Source: Phoronis australis (taxonomy: Eukaryota; Animalia; Phoronida). Taken from it: DNA of 64,000 nt. The notes below the pieces were generated by a model. That model was not told the DNA's origin, did no database searches, and saw only the letters and a list, made by a program, of their open reading frames with translations. The stretch is taken from positions 412,762 to 476,761 of the forward strand of contig NMRA01000171.1 of assembly GCA_002633005.1 (NCBI GenBank), written 5' to 3'. Positions 41,250-51,622 of the stretch are shown here, one piece after another (the stretch's first letter is position 1; every line of letters begins with the position of its first letter). A program made the position numbers and the translations under genes.

Positions 41250-41570
41250 TCCTCGCGAGATATCAGTTGTGTTTCAAGTGAAGCAATTTAAGTGATTACT
41301 TTCGCTTTTCTTGCTGGTGTCTTGCTTCTACGTCCTTCAGTATACGAGGCTTCTGCTCGGCAGTATTTTTCCACCTCTTGTCGCTTTTACAAATTGAAAT
41401 TGAAGTGTTCGAATAAAAATTCAATGGGTTTACATTAGTACAAACATGTAATGAAAGCGCAACTTCTGGGATTTTTAAAGCTGTATGAGACCACCGTGCC
41501 TTTCTTTCTTCTGCTATTGGCATCATTCTCGATCCAATGTGACGTCAGGGTCCCGCGTATTGATTGGAAA
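41250..41570. promoter_or_regulatory. Promoter/enhancer-like motif cluster about 2 kb upstream of the TMEM132 ATG
   Basis: CCTCGCGAGA (near-palindromic TCTCGCGAGA motif) at 41251; full CRE TGACGTCA at 41540 flanked by CCAAT (41534) and ATTGG (41563). Confidence 0.35.
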
Positions 41571-43445
41571 GAAGTCAATGAAACTTCAATAATGTTACAA
41601 ATGACATGCTCTAAAATAAAATAAATAAACACAGCCCGTGAACGAATACATCACATGTGATCTGTACTGGAAAAATGTTATATTGAGAAGTGTAATTTAA
41701 ATTGAAATAGTGTTTAGTAAAGCAAGTAAGCTACGCCGCTGTAAACACGAGTGTTGTCGGTTGGTTGTGTAAGTTAGCCACTTAGATTTTATTGGGAAGA
41801 AACGATCATGTCTTCCGGCCAAAACCGATGTCATATTGAGTAATGTGTATTGCAACAAATTTGAGAAGGGAAAAGATTAAAGCCCAATTAAAGAAAGGGA
41901 CATTGTTGGGAGATTGAAGCAGAGACTAAGATACATGAGTGACTACTGTCCACTTGTTTAATGGTTGATGCATTTTCAAGGATAGTTAAACAACTGACTA
42001 TGGGCCAATTGAAACATATGGCTGTAAGTTTATGGATCAGTTTGGATGTCCTATGGGCCATGTATTTCTTTCGATTCCAATTTTGAGTCAACATTTTAAC
42101 GTGTGTAATTGTGTCTGCTTCCGTAACACGTTGCGCGATGATTAGTGATTGAGCCTGGGAGTAATATACATATTTGATATTGGTCCTAGATTGAGCTAAA
42201 TTCAATTCACCAAACATATAAACTCACATTTGGAGCTATGTTTTCACAGACTTGATGCATCGCTGTTTTGATCAATGGTATTAGAATTAACAAGCTGCTC
42301 TGGACTGCCGTTGTGTTAGAATCAGAATGCAACACCATTTAAGATAATATCAGGGGTGATATCGACGCAATTTTAATACGTCCGTTGACCAGAATCGGCA
42401 ATCACAGACCGTCAATGAATATATTTATGCGTCAATGACAGGGATGATTTTAGGAGTGCGCCATGCGTCATTGGCGCAAAGAAATTCATTACTTAACTCG
42501 GTCCAACGGTCCCCAATAAACTGGAAGCAAAAAGGACAAAAAATTAACCAGTCTCACAGGTCCCAAACTGCCTCATAGACGTACACCCGAACCCACGTAT
42601 TTCTAAAAAAAATCAATGAGGAGCGGCGCGCTCCTAAAACCATTCTTACGTTTACACAAACAAATTCTTAAAATGGGTGGTGGGGGAGGGGGAGGGCAAA
42701 CCACCCTTGGGAAACCCCGCCAGCTCTTGTGCTCTCGCGGTTGTCTGTCAAGTATCTGCTTGCGGGGATACCTTCAGAAATACCCAACAAATTCCATACA
42801 TTGAACTACGGATTTCAACAAGGTCTGGCAACTTAACAGTCTCCAGTTCACTCTGAAGACGCTCTGTGTGTACTTTTAGCTTCGGTGTTGCCACGTGACG
42901 AACTGACGAGATGAAGGTTTTTCTTCCGGTAACGATCTGCAAGACTGGGGTTCGGATTACTTGTAACGTTATGTATCTGCGAATATCGACTGATTCATAT
43001 ACGATTTTTGACAATGAGAAGCTAATCTATTGAGGAATTGTGATGCTTCAGTAATCTTAAATGCAGGCTAAACATATGGGGGAAGTATAATCCAACCTCC
43101 CAAAATGAATTTTTTTATGGTGGCAGACGGGTTTATAGACGCTTGTGTTTCTCCAGAACAGACGACAGTTGCACTAAATGTATCTTATTGTTTTAATTTT
43201 TATGCACGGGAGCAAACGTTTTCTGTTTCGAACCTCAACAAAAGCAGGCCGACTGCCGAGAATGCGAGCCACAAACCGGAAAACTATTTGGGTGGCGAAT
43301 AATTGTAACCACAGAACTCACTTCTGGCATCGCAGTTACTGACGTCACTGCTTCTACAAGTGTGCTTCTTGTCAACAGTTGTATTGTTATATTACAGTTA
43401 GTGTTACTGTAGCTACCAGGTGGCGAGACCGGCTTGACCACAAGT

Positions 43446-44368
43446 CAGCCTCGTCCCCAAGCCTCAAGGTGGCGCTGATTGCTTTAGCCATTTGAGGCTT
43501 GGTTATGGGAAATGAGATGTGTCAGAATTTACCCTCTGACACAGCGTCACCTAAAATGAAAAGAGGCTTTCGTGGACTAAACGTGATGGACGACACACGG
43601 AATCCCGTGTATGAGCATCAATGCGCATGTCTTGGTCGAAGTCATCCCGATCACATCGCCACTACTTGCACACGCCTTTGTGGACTACTTGTTTCGGCTT
43701 TTAAGCCGAATAAACAATGTCTTAAAAGACATTGTTTATTTCGATCACTGCCCCTTTTTAATAGAATGCAACTATTTAAATCAAAAGTGATCGCCAAAAT
43801 TGGTAACCGTAAACTGAAAGGGGTTTCCCAGATTTCAACCAATGGGAATAAGTAAATGTTATGACGTCGATTTCATTACTTCAACCAATGAGAAGCCATG
43901 TTAAACAACATTCCACAGTTCTACCTACCGTAGCACTGTCAAAAAGTGTAGTCACAATTCTGACACATTTTTATGTAAACCGCCGGAATATTACGAGTAA
44001 TAACAAGTTATATCAACTTTGAAATTTTCTGTATAATAAAAAATGTAAACTAACGGTATATTGCAGCAATTTAGGTCTAAATTATTGCAAAAATTAGGTA
44101 CTTTGATTCAAAAAGAGATTAATTTTGACACTATTAATAAAGAGAATTGAAAATAAGTACACCAACAACCTTTATTTCAAACAATAGCTAAGACAATACC
44201 TCCTGCTTAATGAATGGCAGCAACAACGACTGTGAAAATAATTAAAATTTGTCTTTGTTTTAATGACCTCAGGGCAGCGGCCAATCATTGCGCAGAAAAT
44301 AATTCCCATAACCAAGCCTCAAATGGCTAAGCCGGTCAGCGCCATCTTGAGGCTTGGGGAGGAGGCTG
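43446..44368. mobile_element. Foldback/Mutator-like non-autonomous element with ~65-bp TIRs
   Basis: 43446-43510 is the inverted copy of 44303-44368; flanking direct repeat GACCACAAGT (43436) / GACCACGAGT (44369), a 10-bp TSD with one mismatch. Confidence 0.8.
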
Positions 44369-44419
44369 GACCACGAGTTGGCTTTACCAAAACGTGCCAT
44401 GACTTTAGTTCTTCCAAAC

Positions 44420-46668
44420 CAGGCCCGTAGCCAGCATTGGGCGGGGGGTGGTTCGAATTTCTAGAAAGGTGGACCTTTTTCAAGCGTCAACACTCGAGTT
44501 CTTGGTAAGGCGTTTGACGCAGGTTAATTATTGGGAAGCGAAATCTGTATCCACGACCCGATGGCTCTCAGCTCTATGTTCTTGAGATGAGACGGAATTT
44601 GTAATACCAGAAATGAGGATGTCGTGAGTTGACGGTTGCTCGCAATCAACAGAATCAAATTCGGACGTAATGTGATCCATAAACATAGACTAACGTTCTC
44701 TCCATACCGTGAATAATACACTTACAATCACCGCCCTTTCTTCTGGGCAGCTTTCACCAGGATCAAAGGGAGTGATGCGTACGGCGTGTCGGATTCGGTT
44801 GCGTTGACCGCATTGTCTTGCGCGAGCAAGACCCAGTTTAGTGTAATTACCCGACCATAAACTGTCGCAAGCATCACTGCCTGTACATAATTTTCAAAAT
44901 GTATTAATAAATAATTTTTGTAAAAAACGAAAACCACGGCGGTATTCAGCTGGAAAAAACAACCAAGAAAGGTTTTGGATTTTCAAAAGTCAATGAACTG
45001 AAAAGCTAAAAACTACAAACATTGGGTACGATTGAAGATAAACGACCAAACGCATCGATACAATCGGGGGATTTACAAACGCTGATCTGAGTTAACAATA
45101 TATCACATGGATTATTCTTTTAATATTCTTTCAATCTCGTTTAACCAGATTTTTTGACTAGGAAACAGTTGTATTTAACTTGTGCCCACTCTATATTTTT
45201 ATGGCTGACAAAAAGCTAGAATAGTTATGTAGTTAGTGCAACCGAAATCGTCCAGACATTCCAAATCTTCAGTTTGTCTATCACCATTTACACTTTTGTA
45301 TATATTTTATGATTTGAGTTCTAATAAAGATTAAACTTGAACTAATGACACGTGTAGTTTTGTTCGCTGTGAAATGTTTAATGTAGCTGTAATCTGGAAA
45401 GTTCCCGGATGGGTTCACAATTAGCTAAACTAATTAAGTTTCGCTGGCGATCAAATCTACTACTGTTTTTGGTACTACAAGTTTAAAAATAACATAAAAA
45501 GATATCAACCCGTTCCTGGTAAGAAAAAACAACATGAGTATTAAAATGAAATAACAAAAACCGGTATGAAACATATTTAAAACCATCGTTCCTTTGGGAA
45601 GTTGTCCATGGTCAAGATAAACACAAATTAACTTTTTTAGTCATTTTGTAATATTTAAAATGTACCAAGTTAAAACTGCTCTCCACAGTTGCAGGCTGTA
45701 ACTTTGTGCAAATGCCACAGAAAACCAATTTGGGTGTACTAACAACCATCATTTTTGAGACAATAGTGCTAGCTATTACCTTTCAACTTCATTAGGCATC
45801 ATAAAAGTTGTCTGGGGCTAAGGGAATCTGAGCGGTGACCAGATTAAGCGAAAAGTTCTCCACATGGCGTTAGGCCTACCTACTGTCAAACTTTCAAATC
45901 GGGCTTTTTTAACTGAGTGATTACACCTCATCACATACTCTGATGGAAATATTTAGTCAGAGAATGGCTTGACGTAATTTTTCATCTGACAGTATTTTTG
46001 TTAAAAGTTGCTTACATAGCTGGAAATGGGAACAGCCCACAATTCCGGAAACGCACACACGTGTACACGCATGCATCTAGATCCACCAATCCACAATCGA
46101 ATTGGACACTGGATGAAAAACATACCTGTGTTTGACGAGCACTTTCGATTCCAAATTTGAAAACGCCTGCCCTTTAGCGTACTATGCTAGTAAGTAATAT
46201 TAGATAAAAAACCTATTTTCTGCTGTTTTGTTTCTTGGTCGATTTTAAGGCATTCACACCGCACTTTGACTTTTTGGGAGCTCTCTCGCTGCTGTATAGC
46301 TTAGCTAGGTATAGACATTTACTCCCTAAGCTCCCTTCTTACCCTACGGTGTAACCACCACGCGTGTTCATAACATAAAGCCTCTTCTAGTCTGCGCGAT
46401 CCTGTCATCTACGCAAATACCACTTGGGCGAAGTTGTCCGGCTACGGCCCGATGATTACGTGAAGCGCTTTGAATCAGAAGCAAATTCAAAATTATTACT
46501 AACTTAGTAGTAGTTAGTAGTACCAGTAGCTGCAATAATTCTGTTGTTGTCCATCTGTATCCTATCTTTAACAGACAGGCTGGGGCTGGACCTTTTCCGC
46601 GGAGGGGGGCGGGGGTTCGTTGGAACCCCTCGAACCCCCCCCCCCCCCNCCCCCCGGCTACGGGCCTG
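44420..46668. mobile_element. Probable non-autonomous DNA transposon, ~2.25 kb
   Basis: Perfect 13-bp TIR CAGGCCCGTAGCC / GGCTACGGGCCTG with G- and C-tract subtermini; no clear TSD and no transposase ORF. Confidence 0.55.
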
Positions 46669-48826
46669 AAAAGTTATTTTTTGTAACAGAATGCTTGTTA
46701 TAGCCGCTTAAATATCGGAGCCTGAAATATTTGTCCTTATCTGAGGATGATCTAGGCTAACTTTTTGTAGGAAGAAAATTATTTTTGTGGAACAACACAG
46801 TGACTTAATAATTTGAATTTTTATTGGAAGTTTCAATACGATTATTTTGTCACGTTTCCGTTCATTTCAGACTCTACAAAAGAGGAAAAGTCTATTGGCA
46901 GTCCCGGGATGGCTTCCAGCTGCCCACAAACAAACCCTAGGATAGATTATATGTGAATTGTTTTTCAGTGGCTCAGCTCTGCGCAATTATTGGGGATGGG
47001 TTACTGTAAAACGCGTAGTACGCTTTTTCCGTGTGACTTGGAGGTCTTCGAACATTTCCTCTGCAGTGTTGGAGCCCAGTTTACCAGATTACGCACTTGT
47101 CACGTTGCAGTACACATGACATTTTTTCCTTTGTAATAATAATTTGTTGTGATGGACGCATCATTTATTTTTTCAAAATCCCGTTTTTTGCAAAGGAATA
47201 TTTAGTATCACTGAGATGAGAAGACTTCTTAATTCCTTGCTACATCACTGTCTTCTTCGTCTTCTTGTTATAGGCATTGAAGAATGTGGCTCAAATTTTC
47301 TTAACTCCATGTATTAACTTGTGGGAAATCTCAGACAGTTAAATCAAACGCTTATCTACCGCAGTAAAGATGGTTTACACTTTTCAACATGCCAACAGTG
47401 GAATAAAAATGCTAAATTTCATGGCAAACACCGGGTTCGACGGATGCTCGGGGCCTCTTATGAGGTCCTCGTAGTGCTTGAAGACTTACGCGTCTATTGC
47501 GGAAGACGAAAACTCTCGTAGGTGTATTTAGGCTTCAAAGACCCAAATATTGGATTTAACCGCTCGGTCAGAGTATTTATGATCCCATCCACTGCATTGT
47601 TTCGATCCCTTGTTATTAGACGCCCACCAGACAATAGATTTGTGACTTCGGTCTCCTGGCGGTCTACTGCCGTGCTTCCTAAAATGATCAATGAGCAGGT
47701 TAGCTTTGCTTTTAAGGTTCGTCAAAGCCATGATAGAAAACTTGATCTTGGTGCATCCGTTTGTTAATTGCGCTGGTCGTTTGCACATCGCCTTAGGTCG
47801 GGTTCGTGTTAATTATGGCATCAACTGATTCGGCTTGCATAAATAGCCTTATGTAAAATGGTACGAGTTGTACCAAATTGAAAAAATGAAGTTAGAAGAT
47901 TCAATAAACTTTTAGACTGACACTGAACAAAAACAATAGTTTAACCTTGCTAAAGGGAGACTCAATTCTTGCATATTTATCATTTAGTGCCAAGAACCTT
48001 GTTTGGTCACGATAGTGACCACCGTCTCTAGCTGGCTTCCGTAGAGTCGGTGAAGCTCCTACACCGGAAGCTTTTCGGCGAATATGCCTTTCACTGCTTG
48101 TAACATCAAGATTTCAAACATGCGTCAGAACATCTCAAACATCGTGCTGCATGTTACACGTAAGGAGAACTGTAATTATCCATGACGTGCCTATTCTCAA
48201 ATTTTGCTCACTTTGGGTGAACGGTTTCCAACGCACTTCGCACCCGTGTAGCTACGAATTCAATTATAGTTTGAAGCATTACACGACTTGCTAACATGCG
48301 TGCCTTGGGTGTTTGTCCTTGTTTTTTATCCCATGTCGCATCTCATGTTGCCAGAGAAACCCTGATACACGCACGTCTTCCTATATATAGCTACAATACA
48401 TTCCCAGAGACATTCGTACAATGCTGTAAAAATCAAAACACGTAGAACGACGTTCCACCGATTAGGGTTTGCATGAAATATTTTTCTTTTCCGGTCATTT
48501 TTTAAACACGTGTTGCTTTGCAGATATGATTCCGAAGAATACAAATCTCCGTTCATTGTATCAATCATAACGCGAATGCCGGCACAGGCTGCCATGGAAT
48601 GCTCTTATGCATTAAGTATCTTATAAGCACAGTTGTTAGTACAGTCTTTAGGTAATGGTTGTATCGTGTTGTGCATTTACTCACACGAGTGCAGCTTCAC
48701 GGAAAGTGAGCTTATGAAAACGAAATGTGGCGTTACGGAGTGGACATCAACGTGAAAAAAAAATCAATGAGCAGAAGAATAACGTAGTACACCAATAGGA
48801 ACGAGGAAACTAATTTGTACCCTTGT

Positions 48827-49742
48827 CAGGGTGTTCCATCGAAATAGGAACCCGGGTGTAAAACAGATATCCCAGAATCGAAAACAGGCTCCCACACCTT
48901 CAAAACAACCACCCCGAAAAACACGAACCCGACCTTAAAACAGGAAGGAACCCTGGGGATCGGACAGGAAACCGAGGAATTTTTAAAGTTTTTTGTGACG
49001 ATGTCAGTAGCCTCAAACTTTTAGTTAAAACATCTTCAAGTATTTTCCAGTTGTTTTTCCATTATTTGTTTGTTAAAGCTATTCAATAATAAAAACATTT
49101 CCTATATTATATTGACTTAATTATTTGATTTTTATCAGTAAATCTCGTGCAACTTGTCTGTGCGGGCGAATGTCAACATAATCTATACTCTCAACACGTT
49201 GTTATCTCGGTAAATATTTAATTAATTTCAGATCATTCGACAGTTTCTTCAAAAATACTTTCAAAAATGGAAAACAAAAATACTATTTCGACTTTCGAGT
49301 GCCATTGTTGATTAATTTGTAGTGACATGTACGCAACCTCGTGGAAGAACAGTTGATTGAAGAATTGAAGAAAAAAGAAACTGGCCAATAGGTCACGCTG
49401 TATTTCATGGCCCCGAAAGCCGACGCAAAAGATCGCATCACAACTTTAGTAGCAGAATAACGTACTACACCAATCCGTCACAAGTTGTCTAAAATTCGCA
49501 TACTGTAAAACAACATAACACAAGAACTATTTAAAATAGGAAGATTCATTTTCCATCAAACAATGCTTGACAAAAAGTGAGGGGTGGTGTTTCGGTCCCC
49601 AAATGTCCTGTCCGATTTCCGGGGTTCCTGATTTAAAGGTGGGGGTTCGTGTTTTTCGGGCTTGTTAGCTGTGTTGAAGGTGCGGTTTTCGACTTCGGGA
49701 TAGTTATTTTCACCAGGGTTTCTGTCTCGATGGAACACCCTG
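48827..49742. mobile_element. MITE with long (~150 bp) imperfect TIRs
   Basis: CAGGGTGTTCCATCGA... (48827-~48975) is inverted to ...TCGATGGAACACCCTG (~49590-49742); CTTGT direct repeat on both flanks. Confidence 0.8.
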
Positions 49743-49865
49743 CTTGTGGGAAGATCTAGTCTTCGTTACCAAGCTCTTGAACCACATTTTTATGACTAAT
49801 CATGAACCATAATGAGATTGGAGCTGTCTAATCTCTTCGCCAGTGTACCTTGGACTCGAGGCCAC

Positions 49866-49941
49866 CAGTCACCAGGTGGCGAGACCGTCTAGTTCGCGGA
49901 TCGGATTGAACTTTTGCAGTCACCAGGTGGCGAAACCGTCT
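49866..49941 (+). repeat. Two 25-bp direct repeats CAGTCACCAGGTGGCGA(G/A)ACCGTCT with CTCF-like cores
   Basis: Copies at 49866-49890 and 49917-49941; a third core ACCAGGTGGCGAGACCG at 43415-43431. Confidence 0.7.
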
Positions 49942-50549
49942 TGCGTTGGTTTGCCAAGTAAATGAGGACTCATGCCAAGATGTGCCGCCGTGGAAATCGA
50001 TCGGCGACATTTCATGAGCCCTCTCAAAATTAGGTCGACAAAAAGTCAACCTACCAGAAAAGGAAGCGGAAGAAGTTGTTACACCAAAGTTGTCGCTCTG
50101 CATTGCTTATGATGCCCAATGTTACAAGATAATACCATGTGTTTTTTTCGTCTGTACCTCATCTGGTTACACGTGGAGATAATCTAACTAAATCCAAGTA
50201 AGATTATACTCCCTCGTGAAATGAGCGGCAGTCGGGAGGCACTTTGCATTGAAGGGGGCCAAAAGCTAAGTTAAAATAAATTTGGACCCGGCTTTTGAGG
50301 ATATACAACCGTACTGTCCACCGACGGTGGGTTACGCAAAAAATATACACACATATTGAACTCATTTTCTGAACACCTTAAATATTAAGCTGTTTCGTCC
50401 TGTTTGGCTGGCCGAACAACAAAAATCGAATTGGATCTTTTACTAACATGTGAAACTGGTGTCAATGATATTCTTTGTCGCCGGCGATAGGATTCTATTT
50501 CCGTTACCAACAAGAACCACCTGCAACCCAGAAAGCATTTCAGACAATA

Positions 50550-50670
50550 CTGAGATTGGCCGACCCCAAAAAATTGTGAATTGGAGAATGGTTGATGTAG
50601 GCTAGCTACGCATCGCACGTGACTTCAATTCAGAGCCGGTTGGACAGTGCGGTAGGACAGTGCGGTAAGT
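50550..50670 (+). promoter_or_regulatory. Putative lin-41 core promoter / first non-coding exon region
   Basis: ATTGG (CCAAT) motifs near 50554 and 50580, E-box CACGTGAC at 50616, duplicated GGACAGTGCGGTA (50642-50667), locally high CpG content, followed by donor-like GTAAGT at 50665. Confidence 0.4.
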
Positions 50671-51449
50671 GCGCGTAGATTGATAGTAAGGGACATCACA
50701 GTAAGGAATGAAAGTAAAGGGCCCAATTCGATTTTCGTTTTTCAGCCTTCAACGGAGCGGGTTTAAATTTTTATTCACTGAGTGATTTGCTTGAAGGATT
50801 AAAACACATAAATAACTCTTTGGATTGCAAGGAGTTCTAAAAATCTTTGCAAATCGCGCGGTATAGTGCTCATAAAATGCTGGATTTACGAATTCTCACT
50901 TGTTTGCCGGCTGATATAAAGTTGGCCGACGGCGCGGGGAACTCTCACAATTTTATCCGCTGTCATTCAAAATTGCAACCCCGTTGGTAGCCCCTATATT
51001 ATTACATAAACTGTCGTAATACTTCAACATCGAGAATATTCTCCCGCGTTGCAGTTCAGCCTCAAACGAAGAGGTTCGTGATACGCGAATTCACCGCCTG
51101 GTACTTCGAAATTCGGCGGAGCAAGCGAATCGTCTGGTACGTGTAATTAGATGATTTTCCTGACTGACAAGAGTTTCTAGGTTTCCTTCTAGTAAAAAGT
51201 ACTACGCTCGCCGCGAGCTACTTGACTTTGAAACCTGAATAAGGGAGGATTTTTCCCATTGATTAAAATTGATCTCGACTACCATTGGTCAACAAAAGTT
51301 GATTGACATTTATCTGTAAAATTAGGTCACTAAGCTCCACCCGTGATCATTGGCAAAGATGGCGTTAACGGTGTCAGTTAATTCATAAGTTTCACCGTGA
51401 GTATTCGCGTTCGAATGTGAAGTATTTTCAGCAATATTCTTGTCACCAT

Positions 51450-51457
51450 CTACCTCA
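51450..51457 (+). promoter_or_regulatory. let-7 8-mer seed match (CTACCTCA) in the putative lin-41 5' leader
   Basis: Exact complement of let-7 nt 1-8, about 170 nt upstream of the ATG. Inclusion in the mRNA is inferred. Confidence 0.5.
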
Positions 51458-51498
51458 CGACCTATCTGTTCTACCGAATAATGAATACAGGTCTCACA

Positions 51499-51507
51499 TC
51501 TCAGGGA
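51499..51507 (+). promoter_or_regulatory. miR-125/lin-4 seed match (TCTCAGGGA) in the putative lin-41 5' leader
   Basis: Complement of miR-125 nt 1-9, preceded by TCACA (complement of the miR-125 3' end). Confidence 0.5.
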
Positions 51508-51622
51508 TTTTCCAAGGACAGTGGCAAACATAGCCTCAATAACTGAGGAATGTGCGTTTCGCGTTGTGGTTTGATGTGGAGATTGAGCAGTGGTGTTGTA
51601 TTCTGTGACTCATGCCAAACCC

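Noticed and set aside
40036-48595. Short ORFs in the intergenic spacer as a hidden gene or transposase
   Set aside because: No recognisable domains or consistent splice phases; the frames I checked around 40.5-41 kb contain stops.
50629-50651. RE1/NRSE-like motif TTCAGAGCCGGTTGGACAGTGCG
   Set aside because: The left half-site and spacing deviate from TTCAGCACCnnGGACAG, and the presence of REST in this organism is unknown.
51590-51622. N-terminal extension [11 protein letters not shown] given in the ORF track
   Set aside because: It begins at GTG under a prokaryote-style start rule; the first in-frame ATG is at 51623.
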